Source of the DNA: the human T2T-CHM13v2.0 reference genome, Homo sapiens
Reading direction: 5' to 3' (one strand)
Length of the DNA: 64,000 bases
NCBI RefSeq assembly: GCF_009914755.1
Contig: NC_060927.1
Shown here: positions 1 through 14,239 of the stretch, in pieces
Layout of the letters: every line of letters starts with the position of its first letter
How positions within the stretch are numbered: position 1 is the stretch's first letter
The notes under the pieces: generated by a model
Told to the model about the DNA's origin: nothing
Database searches by the model: none
The model's input: the letters and a program-made list of their open reading frames with translations, nothing else
Program-made: the position numbers and the translations under genes

Positions 1-274
1 TTTTACAAAATCTACTCAGAAATCTACTTGAGGGCTTGTTGTAAACTTTTTGTGACAACCCCAACCCTGGCAAAGCAGCTACTGGTTGGGGAAGAATAAT
101 GGGTTTAAGGAATGTGGAGTGGCAGGGACAGTCACGTAATATATCTAATATCATCATCCAACCAGGTAAGATTAAATAAGCTCATGGTGAAGTATAAAGT
201 ACCCTGGGTTAGGAGTCAATGCTCTAAGTTCTAGCTGTGATTACCCCCAAGAAGGGCCAAGTGCTTCATGAAGA

Positions 275-585
275 GATTGCATTGTCTGGTACTTAAAGGC
301 ACGAGCTTGGAAACCAGACAACCTGGGTCTGAACCTCAGCTCATCCAGCCCTTCCTATGAGAAACTTGGTGTGAATTCATGCCTCTAAGCCAGTTTTCTC
401 TTTTTAAAACTTCAATAATAATTATAATCCCCAGCTTACAAGGCATCTAGCTCATGAGAACACTAAGTTCATCCAAGCCCTTTTCTTCACCTTTAAAATT
501 TGATCTCTAGCACCAAGGATTAAACATGAGGATGAAGGTCTGGGCACAGTGACTGGCATATAATAAGTGTTCAATAAATGATGAC
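275..585 (+). mobile_element. Degraded MIR SINE fragment(s)
   Basis: MIR-like text ('ttggaaaccagacaacctgggtctgaacctcagctc...cagttttctctttttaaaa') and the typical end 'gcacagtgactggcatataataagtgttcaataaatg'. Boundaries are approximate. Confidence 0.55.
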
Positions 586-889
586 TCTTATTTTCTCCAT
601 ATATGAAAGAAAAAAGAATATCTTCCATGGCTGAATTATAGTTTGTTAGAAGACTGATGCAATGTTATAAATATGAAATATTACAATATGAAATACTATT
701 AACATACACAATAAAGGGCTAGGTCAATGTAAGGGATTCTTCTACAATGATTTTCAAATATCATTCAGTGACTAGTAATCAATTGTAAAGCACTCAAGAA
801 ATCAAATCCTTTAATGTTCTTCAGTCATGCCTAATGTCCTGTGATTATTGCAGGGGTCCACAAGCCCTTTTGGTAATAATTCATGTGTT

Positions 890-1150
890 TACCCATTCAG
901 CAAATATTTGAGGACCACACACTATGTAACATACATGATTCTGACATTGTTCTAGGGATACAGCAGTAAGTTAAAAAGCCAAAATATTTTAACTTTAGAT
1001 AAAGTAACTGTGAAATATCTATAACCAACCAAATTAAGGTTTCATGTGGGCAGCTGAATACATGATTCTAGAGTGTAGAAAGAGGGAAATCTGTCTTGGA
1101 AATGTAAATTCAGGGGAAATCAGAGAGTATATGTTACATAAGGCAAGCTA
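890..1150 (-). mobile_element. Degraded L2 LINE 3' fragment
   Basis: 'cattcagcaaatatttgaggaccacacactatgt...gttctagggatacagcagtaag' resembles the reverse-complemented L2 3' end. Confidence 0.5.
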
Positions 1151-1736
1151 TAAGCCATCTTAAAATTTAATCCTAATCTTTTCCAGTTCCAAAACGCTGA
1201 TTTATTTTTTTCTTACAAGGAGCAGGAATGCAAAGACATCATCTCCAGTTATCGTGTTGGGAAGACAGTGTTGGGGAAGTGTTGGGGAAGACAGAGTTTG
1301 AGAAGGAAAGCAAAAGTCACTTAGGAGATCTCAGAAAGATAATCAAAGGAAAATTTTACTACTTGTTTATCTTTCTAAAATGTAAGTTAGTTTTCAAGTG
1401 AAAAGTACATTTTATAAACTTGGCAAATGCTTAGTGGGTCCTTTATTTGGACTGTGGATCCTTATATAAATTCAGAAAACAACAAAAAACAGTTTCAGAT
1501 TGTTATATGTACTCTTTAATAGCTAATGTAATAAAGAAGGAAACAGCAATCACCCCAAGTTCTATCACTAAAAGATCATGACTATTATAAAATTGAGATA
1601 TTTTCTCAGCTTCCTTTTCATATGTGATAGCTATCATTTTAATCAATATTTGAATATTACTATATATTAAGTTTTGAGCTCCATTCTGGGATCGCTAGTA
1701 TGTCAAAGATTCTTCATAGGTTCCTCAATCTTCTTC

Positions 1737-1925
1737 TTTTTGTTTTTTTGGGACGGGGTCTCACTTCATCACCCAGGCTGAAGTGCAGTGGCACCATCTT
1801 GGCTCACTTCAACCTCTGGCTCCCAGGCCCAGGTGATCCTTCCACTCAGTCTCCCAAGTAGCTGGGACCACAGGCACACGTCACTATGCCTGGTTAATTT
1901 TGTAATATTCTGTAGAAAAAGGATT
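1737..1925 (-). mobile_element. Alu right-arm fragment (AluJ/FRAM-like)
   Basis: T-tract followed by 'gacggggtctcact...cccaggctgaagtgcagtggc...cccaagtagctgggaccacagg...aattttgta'. The left monomer is absent. Confidence 0.85.
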
Positions 1926-1994
1926 TTTAACATTTGGTGAATGTTTGACTAAGGGGACATACAATGTTCTGTTGAAGACTGAAGTTGTGTCCAC

Positions 1995-2072
1995 TTTCGG
2001 ATTAACAATACGTGTGTGTGATTTCGGATTAACAATATGTGTGTATATAAGTGTGTGTGTGTATGTGTGTAT
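1995..2072. repeat. 27-bp tandem duplication merging into a (TG)n microsatellite
   Basis: tttcggattaacaatacgtgtgtgtga (1995-2021) is followed by tttcggattaacaatatgtgtgtata, then TG repeats. Confidence 0.85.
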
Positions 2073-3644
2073 GATTTCATTTTTATTTCATCTAATTTCC
2101 TTAGAAAAAAATCCTAAAAGTAAAATTACTAGATCAAAAGGTATAAATATCTTAATATGTATGATCTAATTCCCTTCAGAAACATGCTGCCAATTTACAC
2201 TCTCAACATCAGGAAAAGAGAAGTCATCTCAGTATCCACACTAAAACATTGGTTATTACTTGCTGATATATTAGACAAACTATAACACTATCCTTTATTT
2301 GTACATTTTATTATGAAAAATGTTAAATGTGCTTATTAATTCTGACTGTCTTAGCTTTTCTAACATCCTAGCAAATATTAATAATGTTATCTTTTCATTT
2401 ATAGTAGTTATGTATTCTATTTTTTCTCACTGAATCATCTTGAATTTCCAAAACAATTTTGAATAATAATGGTCACAGTGGCCAGTGTCTAGAAGCAAAA
2501 TTTCTGGAAGCAAATCTATAGTATGCAGCAATTCCATCAGAGCAACTTGGGAGAAAATTACATGAGTTATAAAGCAGATATTGAAAGAAAAATATAAAAT
2601 TATACATGTCTATGGGTGGTTTAAATATGTTTGCCACTTGAAAAGAAACAGCAATATTTACTCATATTGGCTTTATTCTAGACTTATTTTTGCTGATCTC
2701 CTTTGAGAATGAATAAGGTTTCCTGTATATTTTTGGACTAAAGTAAATTAAAGACTTTTCATCCAAAATGGATTCAAAATAATTTTGTGGATCATATCTT
2801 AACATGTATTTCTAGCTGTCTCCACAATTTAGAAAAACTGGTTTCTTAAACAAATCAGCATAAAAATTTCTAAAGCACTGTATTCTTTTTTAACAACCCA
2901 AATAAACATAGCACATTCTTATTACTAATTTTGTTCTGAACAGCACACATCTTTGTGTTCTTTAACTAAACTATGTGTTTGACCAGTTTAAGTAGATAGA
3001 AGATATTCTGAAGCTCTTTTTCATATTAAAATAGTTCATTATAAAATAGCTTTTATATGACCTGAAGTTGCTCTTCATAATTTTTGGAATCCTAAAGATG
3101 TCCTGTAAATTTTGTACTTCATCCCTCCAAATTTGACTTTCACTTCATCAACCAGATAGGGAGTGTGTGGTAGAAAATGTAAATGCTCGATGTTCTTCTG
3201 AGAAACACATAAATATAGATTTGTTGGAATTACTACAGCTATCTGTCAGCCTCATGGCTTTTGGAGCCAAAATTCCCTAATTCCAAAATTATGAGCATGT
3301 GACAAAATGTGGTTTTATATTGCTAGAACTTTCATATATGCAAGTTAATAGACTGAAAAAATGGACTTGGGCTAATGAGAAGGATATCTTAATTCATCCT
3401 TTAGCAATCATTTGAAAATGTAACTCTTAGATTCATTCTGTTTTAGAGCTAGAAGCATCTGAAAGCAAATACATGAATCTTGCGTTTTTAGTCAGAGAAA
3501 TTTACAATGGAAATGGAGACAGAAATGTTTTTACTGGGAGTAAGCAGCCACCCCATATTTCCTCCCCTCCTCTTTTCTCCTTTTGCTGGTTGGCAAGCCC
3601 ACCTACTCATATTCCACAACATCCTCGTTGTTTATTTCCGTTTT

Positions 3645-3860
3645 AGAGGCAGACTTTGTAATAGGACACACTAGTGGGCAAATTCCAGTTGTATACTCCT
3701 AAGCAAATTGTTTAAATGATCTGAATCCAAATTTCCTCATCTGTTAAATGGGGTAGAAATTGGGAAGAGGTGGGTCACAAAAGTATGAAATTCATTGGGT
3801 TATCATGTCAATAAACTGTATTTAAGAGCCTGATACAATGCCAGTGGACATGACCGTATT
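3645..3860 (+). mobile_element. MIR fragment
   Basis: MIR core 'gcaaattgtttaaatgatctgaatccaaatttcctcatctgttaaatgggg'. Confidence 0.55.
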
Positions 3861-3991
3861 TTATAGAGAGAGTTGATTATGCTTTACAGTGTGATTTTCC
3901 CCAGGATGCAATGTAGACCAACTAGAGGTTTTGAAATTAAATGAAAACCCCAACAAATATATCTGTTGATATCATTTTCATAAAATGATTA

Positions 3992-4340
<349 letters not shown>

Positions 4341-4642
4341 AAAAATACTTTTGTGTATATCAGTTTTTCTCATTAATGTACTGCATGCAGCTCTAATATG
4401 GGGTAGATTTTTTTAAGTAAGGTAAGAAGGGTGTGTGATTATATTGTGTGAAAATAGTGGCATATTATTTTTGCTTTCATAATACTATTTTTATTTCAAT
4501 ATATATTCAACATATAATTGGAACATGAAACTCTGGATTTTGTGATGATAGTGAATTTTCTGTTAAAATACATGTAATCAAGAAAAAGGGGACCAATCAA
4601 AAACAACCAGTAAATAATAGTAGACATTGCACACAAATATGG

Positions 4643-5050
4643 TGCCATGGTTTGGTTTGTCCCCAACAAAATTGATGTTGAATTTTGACCCTGAAGATAT
4701 TAGAAGATGGGGCCTAGTGGGAGGTGTTTGGGTCATGCAGGTGGATCCCTCATGAACGGATCAATGCCCTCCCTCAAGGGTGAGTGAGTTCTTGCTCATG
4801 CTAGAGCAGGTTGTTAAAAAGATCTGGTTTCGTTGGGTCCTCTTTCTTGCTTCCTCTCTCACCATGTGATCTCTGCACACATCTGCTCCCCTTCCACTTT
4901 CTGCCATGAGTTGAGGCAGTGTAAGGCTCTCACCAGACGCAGCTGCCCAATTGTGAACCATCCAGAATCATGAGCCAAATAAACATCTTTTCTTTATTAA
5001 TTTCCCAGCCTCAGGTATTTTGTTATAGCAATACTAAATGGACTCAGACA
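4643..5050 (+). mobile_element. MST-family (MSTB/C-like) ERVL-MaLR solo LTR
   Basis: TG...CA ends, 'gggaggtgtttgggtcatg', AATAAA, terminal 'ggactcagaca'; 5-bp TSD TATGG/TGTGG. Confidence 0.88.
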
Positions 5051-5076
5051 TGTGGCAAGAATTAGAGGTGGTTGTT

Positions 5077-5433
<357 letters not shown>

Positions 5434-7006
5434 TTATAATCATTTTATAGTACAGTTTAAGACTAATGTCAACGTTATCCACTAATATAATATTACATAC
5501 TGCTCTATTAGTCTTTATTCCTTTTGTTTTCCTTTTTCATTTCCTTCATTCTTGTTTGCACTAGTAATTTATATAATAGATATTTTGTTTTTTCTCATGG
5601 ACAAAGGTTTATCTCTCATTACAAATTAGACTCCACATTAACAGAGGTTTTCTGGATAATGTTTCATATCATTACATAATAAAGATAGAAGAGTTAAAGT
5701 GAAGAGCTACAACTCCTTTTGTAGATTAGCCAATAACTTGGGCAAATACTGAATTTAACAAGGATGAAGAAATTCTACATAATCCAAGAATGCAAGTTTC
5801 AATTTAGGCCTCTACCTTACTCTTACATAAGGCAATTACTAGCATTTAAGGTTAAAGTCACATGAATGTTCTTTGGATAAAATACAATCCCTGGTAATTT
5901 GAATGAAATAATTCAGTGATTATTTTCTCGAAATAATATGAAAATGAAGTATAAGTACAAATCAATTTATTTTTTAAGAAAAAATTATTCATTGCCAATT
6001 TCCAATACTACTTTTTCCATAATATTGTTTTATTTTTTTCTGGATATTTTTTCTATTTATTTTCACTTTTTGCAATTCAAAAACATTATTGAAAGTGTGG
6101 TTAAGATTTAGTCTAAGGATCTATTCCTTGCTAAAAGAAATATACCTTTTTAGCTTAGGTTTCCTTTTTGGAAAAGCTCAAAGCAATTTTATTAGCAAAA
6201 ATTTTCCTTTTGCCTAAGGCAAAAACTAGTGAAATTATGCCATATGAAAGAGATTATTAAATATTTTATTTTGCTTTTTGAAAAAGTCATGAGCAAACAT
6301 TTACAAGGTTCTTCTTTATACTGAAGTTTATTTTTATAAACCTTTACTAAAGAAGTGCTTGTCCTCTTCCTAATCACATTTCTTTAGTATGTCTTCAGGA
6401 CTTACTAAAATTCAACAGATAATTAAGCAGCCCTGTTTTTCCAGGTTACTTAAAAGTGTGACCCTGTATGCTCTGTGGAAATCCTGCTTTATTATGTCCT
6501 TGTCTTTCAGTATTGTCCATAGTCTCAAATCTGTTCTGTAGAGTTAAAATGTATATTGACATAGAAAGCCTTCTAGGGGAATGTGTGGTTGTTAGCAGAG
6601 TCTTGGTTCTTTTAGAATTTCAGTTGTTATTTAATCCGGAGCAATAGAACTAGGTTTGTGGAATAATAAAACATATATTTCTTACTGAAACACCATCTGA
6701 AAATACACATCCTTCCATAAATTGAATGGTTCAGTTGGTATTTTTTCCTGTTTGATACGTGAGAATAAGGGAATTGACATATGAATGCCTACAATATGCA
6801 TGCACAGTTTTAGGGGCCTTATAAATGTTTTCTTAATTAAATTTTCACAACATCTTAATGTGGATGCTACATTGTTTCATGAAGTTCATCATTCATGGAT
6901 TAAGTTGGTGTATTTTTTTAAAGGTTTTAAAAATATATTTTAACAAAATTAGTAAAATATAGTACATAGTCTCTTAGGAAAATGTATTTCAAAATTATAA
7001 ATCATG

Positions 7007-7294
7007 GGCTAGGTGTAGTGGCTTACGCCTATAATCCCAACACTTTAGGAGGCTGAGGTGGGCGGACCACCTGAGGTCAGGAGTTCAAGACCAGCCTGGC
7101 CAACATGGTAAAACCTCACCTCTACTAAAAATACAAAAATTAGCTGAGTGTGATGGCATTCACTTGTAATCCCAGCTACTCAAGAGGCTAAGGCAGGAGT
7201 ATCACTCAAACCCAGGAGGCGGAGGTTGCAATGAGCCGAGATTGTACCACTGCACTCCAGCATGAGTGAGAGAGCAAGACTCCATCTCAAAAAA
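7007..7294 (+). mobile_element. Full-length AluS (Sx/Sz-like)
   Basis: Complete dimer with 'cacctgaggtcaggagttcaagaccagcctggccaacatgg', a short A tail, then a TA-rich microsatellite. Confidence 0.95.
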
Positions 7295-7299
7295 TTACA

Positions 7300-7400
7300 A
7301 AATACATATATATGTATATATATATCTCTCTCTACCATTTATATACCACATATGTGTGTATATATATTATATATATATCATGTGTATGATAGATATATTT
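7300..7400. repeat. Imperfect (TA)n/(TG)n microsatellite
   Basis: Runs of tatata/tgtgtg visible directly. Confidence 0.8.
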
Positions 7401-7928
7401 TCTTAATCAATATCATAGTAGCTGAGACTTCCATATAGTCTATATGGTCTGTATGCTTTATAGTCACAGATGCCCATTTAATAAATAATTTCTTTTGCTA
7501 CTTCAGTGTGTTAGTTTAGGGAGGTGCAGAAAAAGAGACTGTGTGGATAACATTATTATTTTGCATAATGAGCAATGAAATCAAATGATGGTCTTAAAGA
7601 GTTTGTGTGCCCACCCATTCCTACCCTGCCCTGTGCAGACAAAAACATATTTGACTTGTCCTGCCTCAGTTTACAGCAGGGAAGCCAAAGAGGAGAGGCC
7701 CAGTCAAAATTTTCTGTGAGGAGACAAAACAAACACCCAAAGCCAGGGGATAGGGGCCAAAACAAATTTGGAAACAGGCACAAAAATGGATTAACGTGAA
7801 AAGAGTGGATGACAGGTGTACAAGAGATGGATGTTCATGTTTGAGAGTCTTAGTGGTTCAAAACTGACCCTAGATAATGCACCTATCTTCAGGTAGTTCT
7901 AGGACTTTGGGTTATCTTATACTGTAGA

Positions 7929-8149
7929 TCGCAGATTGGCAAACTATGACTCGCAGTCTCAATCTGCGTTGCGATCTTTTGTGTAAATAAAGTTTGATTG
8001 GAACACGTGCTCATTCATTTACTTATTTTCTATGGCCCCTTTCACACTAGAGTGACAGAGTTGAGTGATTGTGAGAGACTTTCTAGGCCACAAAGTCTAA
8101 AATATTCACAACAGAGTTCTTCATATAAATTGTTTTCTGACTCCTCCTG
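7929..8149 (+). mobile_element. MER58A (hAT-Charlie non-autonomous DNA transposon)
   Basis: 'ggcaaactatg...gtaaataaagtttgattggaacac...gacagagttgagt...aaagtctaaaatatt...tttctgactcc' follows the ~220-bp MER58A consensus end to end. Confidence 0.85.
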
Positions 8150-9004
8150 TATAGAAATCTTATAATAGGATACTAAATGTCCTCATTTGTATCTTCTGAT
8201 CACAGATATAGATATAAAGTTAGATGTACACAAATATGTGTATACATAATGTATACAGATAAGTATGTATATGTGTGATACTTATGATCCTTATGTTTGA
8301 TAAAAAATCCTTCTTGATCCAGAATAGATATTATTATCTCTATCAAATTTTACTTTAAGGATCTAAATACTACTTACAAGTCTTGACAAATAGGTTATAA
8401 TTTTCAAAATACAAAGTCCATGTTTCAGTGTAGTCTCAGATATTTTTTCATCAATTTTCAAAATACTGATTATATGGAATCTTTAAAATGTGTTGTGAAT
8501 AGGTTTTTGATTCTGTTTAAAATATCTAGTGATTAAAAATTTTACTGTTATTAAATTTAAGCTAATTTAGCATGACATTGTCATGGATATTATGTAGTTT
8601 CTTATGATCATTATAATGGTGCTAATGATATGCATATCATTAGCATCATTATTACAATGTTTGCTCATATTCTTTTTGGGGGATTAGTTGATATTTAAGG
8701 TCACACAATTATGAAAAAACTCATTATCCACGATTTGGAGACCAAGGAATGTTGTGTATCAAATTTAGCCTATATAAAACATTAATGGACATTATATTGA
8801 CCTGGATTCATGTAGACATCTTTCCATATGGCAGTTTTGATCTTGTCAAGATTCGGAGATACCCGGTAGACACAGAAGACCAGATGGGAAGGAGCTACAC
8901 TGACTTGATATAATTAATCTTCTTGGGATTCAAGCATAAGAATAAAAATTATGGTAAGGATTATATATAATGTGAATGAGTTTAGAGTCCTCATATTAAG
9001 TAGG

Positions 9005-11315
9005 TATGACTCTCTTCTGCTTCTGAGCATGATGGAGTAGTGATAACAGATTTGCATCCCTGTCATAAACAACCAGCATTTAAAAAATATCATAAGAAAT
9101 AACATCAGATAAAATGCAGCACAAGACTATAATCCCTGAAAGAAGGCAAACAAAGAAGCAAGCCCTACGACTGCCCTGGGTTTCTATCCGAGGCACTTTC
9201 TGGACAGCACTGTATTTCTACACTGCAAAGCACAACAATCTCCCTGAGTTGAGGAGTCAGAGCCCAGAGTTTGGCAAGCTGGAAGCCACTAGAGTATGAT
9301 GGAATAATGGAGAGAATGGAACTTAAGAGAAAGAATCTCCAAAAATCTGCAAAGTGTCATATTGAGTCTTTAGCACACTACTGTTTATGTGTAGGATGAG
9401 AGTCCATGAGGCCAGCAAAACCAAAACAAAGCAAAACAAATAACAACAACAAAAAACATCAGTGAAAGAAGAACTACCTGATGGCTAAAAGTGGAACAAT
9501 TCCCAGAGCTCTCATAGGCTGGGAGATACTCAAGTTTGAACCAACTAGAGTGACATGACTCTAAACAATGGGGCATTTGGTAGATACCAAATAAGGGTCA
9601 CCACATAATAGTAGGTGTGCTAAACAAAACCCTACATGAAAGCTTATCCTAGACCTTCCCTACCAAAATTTTAAAATTAGGCTGAAAGCCTAAAGCTTCA
9701 CTGATGGCCAAAAAATAAAATAAAATAAATTATCAACACTTTTTAAAGAAAGAAAAATCCTGGCATTTAACAATATCTAAAAATTGAAATATCTAATCAC
9801 AAATTACTACACACCCATAGTATAGTAGAAGAAGCAGGAAAATGTGACCCATGACCAGAAGGAAAGGTTTTTATGACTATGTTAAATGACTTAAAGGAAA
9901 CTATGAGCATAATAGACAAAAAATAAGTCATAAATAGACAACCAAATGGAACTTCTAGAGATGAAAATCTAAAAACTAAAATAACAGATTCACAGAATGG
10001 GCTTAATAGGAGATTAGACCCTGCAGAGAAGTAATCGATAAGCTTGAAGACATAGTAATAGAATAGAAATTATCCAATTTTAAGAACAAAAAGCTTGAAG
10101 ATAATAAACAGAGACTCAGTGACTTGTGGGACAACAGCAGGCAGTCGAATCTGCATGTAGCTGGACTCCGGAAGGAGAGGGTAGAGTAGAAGACAGAAAA
10201 AGTATTTAAAGAAATAATGGCCAAAATTTGTTCACGTTTTATGAGACTATAAGCCCACAAAGCAGGGAAGTTCAATGAATAATGTGTAGGATAAAAATAA
10301 AACTATATCAAGGTACATTACAATCAAGTTTTTGAAAATTAATGATAAGAAGAAAAAATCTTAACCAATGCCTGAGAAAAAGGCATATTCAATACAGGGA
10401 GTCTATTGTAAAACATGGTGACTATATTTAGTAACAATGTATTGCATTCTTGAAAATTGCTGAAAGAATAAATGTTAAGTGTTCTCATCACACAAAAAAA
10501 ATGTAAACTAATGCTTATGTTAATTAGTTTTATTCAGCCATTCCCCAGTGTACACATATTTCAAAACATCATGTTGCACATGATAAATACATCCAATTTT
10601 TATTTGTCATTTAAAATAAACAAATACAAGGAAACAAAAGTAAGAACTACTACTAACTTTTCATCAGAAATAATTCTAACCAGAAGACAATGGAAAAACC
10701 TCATTTAAGTGCTGAAAGAAAAATAAGTACAATTAACTTAGAATTCCATATCCAATGAAAATATTCTTTACAAAATGAAAGTACTATAGGTTTTAGACAA
10801 AATCTGAGAGAATTTGTGCTAACAGACCTATACTTCAAGAAATGTTAAAGGAGCCCAGACATGGTAATATATGGAAAAATTTAAAAGAATTTGATTTCTT
10901 GGTTTTAAACATTTTTTAAAAAGATAGTGGACTGCATAAAGTAAAAATAGCAACCATATATTAGGAAGCTTATAGCATATGTAGAAATAAAATTTATGGC
11001 AACAAGAGCACAAAGGATGATAGAAGAGAAATGGAAAGTTTTATATTATACATGATGCAATATTTCAATGTAGGCAATGATCAGTTGAAGATGCATGTGG
11101 TAATCCTAGAACAATCATTAAAATATAAAGCAAATAAATGTAACTTAAAAAGCTAATGGGCTGATGGAGGAGATTAATTGGAATTCTAAGAAGGAACAAC
11201 CACCTAAAAAAGGCAGTAAAAGAGGTAAAAGAGAGACAATAGTTGAGACAGGTAGAAAACAATGAGTGAGATGATAGGCTATGTAACACTGAAACATTAA
11301 ACGTAAATAATCATA
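9005..11315 (+). mobile_element. Ancient L1M (L1MC/ME-type) 5'UTR-ORF1 remnant
   Basis: A-rich sense strand with decayed ORF1 motifs. After removing the 10401-10622 insert it reads EKRHIQYRETKVRTTTNFSSE; 'ttagaattccatatccaatgaaaatattc' matches the ORF1 PRIxYP region. Confidence 0.75.
10401..10622 (+). mobile_element. Short 5'-truncated L1MA (MA8-10-like) 3' end nested in the older L1 ORF1
   Basis: L1MA 3'UTR text ('catggtgactata...aatgtattgcattcttgaaaattgct...caaaacatcatgttg'); TSD aatacaggga (10391-10400) / aatacaagga (10623-10632). Confidence 0.8.
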
Positions 11316-13602
11316 TGTATTAGTCTGTTTTCGTGCTGCTGATAAAGACACACTCAAGACTGGGAAGAAAAAGAGGTTTAATTGGACTTACAGTTCCACA
11401 TGGCCAGGGAGGCCTCAGAATCATGGTGGGAGGCGAAAGGCACTTCTTACATGTTGTTGGCAAGAGAAAATGAGGAAGATGCAAAAGGGAAAACCCTGAT
11501 ATAACCATCAGATCTTGTGAGACTTATTCACTGCCATGAGAACAGTATGGGGGAACCACCCCCATGACTCAAATTATCCCCCACCAGGTCCCTCCCACAA
11601 CACATGGGAATTATGGGAGTACAATTCAAGATGAGATTTGAGTGAGAACACATCCAAGCCATAATTTTCTACCCCTTGTCCCTCCAAATCTCATGTCCTC
11701 ACATTTCAAAACCAATCATACTTTCCCAACAGTCCCCCAAAGTCTTAACTCATTTCAGCATTAACCCAAAAGTCCACAGTCCAAAGTCTCATCTGAGACA
11801 AGGAAAGACCCTTCCGCCTATGAGACTGTGAAATTAAAAGCAAGCTGGTTACTTCCTAGATACAATGGGGATACAGGTATTGGTAAATACAGCCTTTCCA
11901 AATGAGAGAAATTGGCCAAAACAAAGGAGTATAGGGCCCATACAAGTCCAAAATTTCCTGTGGGGCAGTCAAATTTTAAAGCTTCAAAATGATCTCCTTT
12001 GACTCCATGTCTCACATCCAGGTTATGCTGATGGAAGAGGTGGGTTCCCATGGTCTTGGGCAGCTCTGCCCCTGTGGCTTTCCAGGGTACAGCTTCGCTC
12101 CCAGCTGCCTTGAGTGCTTTGGGCTGGCATTGAGTGTTTGCAGCTTTTCCAGGTGAATGGTGCAAGCTGTAGGTGGATCTACCATTCTGCAGTCTGGAGG
12201 ATGGTGGCCGTCTTCTCACAGCTCCACTAGGTGGTGCCCCAGCAGGGGGCGGAGCCCCAGTGGGAGCTCTGACCCCACATTTCCCTTCTGCACTGCCCTA
12301 GCAGAGTTTCTCCATGAGTGCCCTGCCCCTGCAGCAAACTTCTGCCTGGGCATCTAAGCATGTCCATACTTCTTCTGAAGTCTAGGCAGAGGTTCCCAAA
12401 CCCCAGTTCTTGACTTCTGTGAACTCGCAGGCTCAACACCACATGGAAGCTGCCAACGCTTGAGGCTTGCACCCTCTGAAGCCATGGCCCAAGCTCTAGG
12501 TTGGTCTCTTTCAACCACGGCTGAAGCAGCTGGGACACATGGCACCAAGTCCCTAGGCTGCACACAGCACAGGGACCCTGGGCCCTGCCCATGAAACCAT
12601 TTTCTCCTAGGCCTGTGGGCCAGCGATGGGAGGCGCTGCCATGAAGACCTCTAACATGCCCTGGAGACATTTTCCCAATGTCTTGGGGATTAACATTCAG
12701 CTCCTCGTTGCTTATGCAAATATCTGCAACCAGCTTGAATTTTTCCTCAGAAAATGGATTTTTCTTTTCTATCACATTGTCAGGCTGCACATTTTCTGAA
12801 CTTTTATGCTCTGCTTTCCTTATAAAACCGAATACCTTTAACAGCACCCAAGCCACCTCTTTAATGTTTTTCTCCTTAGAAATTTCTTCTGCCAGATATC
12901 CTAAATCATCTCTCTCAAGTTCAGAGTTCCACAAATCTCTAGGGCAGGGGCAAAATGCTGCCAGTCTCTGCTAAAACATAACAAGAGTCACCTTTTCTCC
13001 AGTTCCCAACAAGTTCCTCATCTCCATCTGAGGTCACCTCAGCCTGGACCTTATTGTCCATATCACTATCAGGGTTTTGGTCAAAGCCATTCAATGAGTC
13101 TCTAGTAAGTTCCAAATTTTCCCACATTTTCCTGTCTTCTCCTGAGCCCCCCAAACTGTTCCAAACTCTGCCTGTTACCCAGTTCCAAAGTCGCTTCCAC
13201 ATTTTCAGGTATCTTTTCAGCAATGCCCCTCTCTACTGGTACCAATTTACTATATTTATCTGTTTTCACGCTGCTGAAAAAGACATACCTGAGACTAGGA
13301 AGAAAAGGTGGTTTAATTGGGCTTACAATTCCACCTGGCTGGGGAAGCCTCAGAATCATAGCAGGAGGCAAAAGCACTTCTTACATGGTGGTGGCAAGAG
13401 AAAATGAGGAAGGTGCAAAAGCGGAAACCCCTGACAAAACCATCAGATCTACTGAGACTTATTCACTACCATGAGAACAGCATGAGGGAAACCACCCCCA
13501 TGATTCAAATTATCTCCCACCTGGTGTCTCCCGTAACACATGGGAATTATAGGAGTACAACTCAAGATGAGATTTGGGTGGGGACATAGCCAAACTATAC
13601 CA
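11316..13602 (-). mobile_element. Complete THE1A MaLR provirus (LTR 11316-~11666, internal ~1.6 kb, LTR 13251-13602)
   Basis: Two ~350-bp direct-repeat LTRs with the THE1A signature 'gaagaaaaagaggtttaattggacttaca'; THE1-internal ORF remnants at 12227-12934 and 12939-13223; perfect 5-bp TSD TCATA (11311-15, 13603-07). Confidence 0.95.
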
Positions 13603-13964
13603 TCATACAATTGAGAAATTTGCCATGGGACTGTATTCTGATGACTCAACATAATCATTGATACCAACCATTATTTTATTTTGTGACATTTCCCCAAAAA
13701 TATATTTCATTTAATAAATTGATAACATTCCATCAGGATATGAGAATTTGGAAATGACATTTTAATTTTCTTTGAGATTAATTTCATAAAATATGACTAA
13801 ATAGAAAAACTTATCACACAACGTTTTTTGCATACAGATCAAAAGTCACTTAAGAGAGAGAAGAAAAGCCTCAGAAGACAAAGGCTTTGCTTAAAAAAAA
13901 AAAAAGAATTAGAGAAAAACTTTAAATGTGTAAAGTGTTGATCATGGAATGTGTAGACATGTAT

Positions 13965-14075
13965 TTTGGTTGCAACACTGGCTCCAAGTAATTATAAGGC
14001 CTTATCCATGTCATTTAACCTCTCCCATGCTTGGTTTCCTCTTCTGTAAAATGAGAGGTGGTCTGCGTCATCAAG
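13965..14075 (+). mobile_element. MIR fragment
   Basis: 'gtcatttaacctctcccatgcttggtttcctcttctgtaaaatgag' is the MIR core. Confidence 0.6.
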
Positions 14076-14239
14076 GCTCTTTGGAACCAAAGATCAAATT
14101 AAGGCACAATTGATATAGTAATAAGGCCAATATTGTAAAAATGTACTCCTGCTTTTATTATCCTTGTTGGTGTTGGAAATTAGAAAAAGAAAGTCTCAGA
14201 GTGCAAGATAGATAGATTTGTTCTTTTATTCATTTTCAT

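Noticed and set aside
1254-1295. GTGTTGGG(G)AAG short repeats as a G-quadruplex or regulatory array
   Set aside because: Only three G-runs; most simply explained as local slippage duplication.
11818-13667. Cluster of overlapping ORFs as a gene
   Set aside because: All lie inside THE1A and are frameshifted remnants of the MaLR internal ORF or antisense noise.
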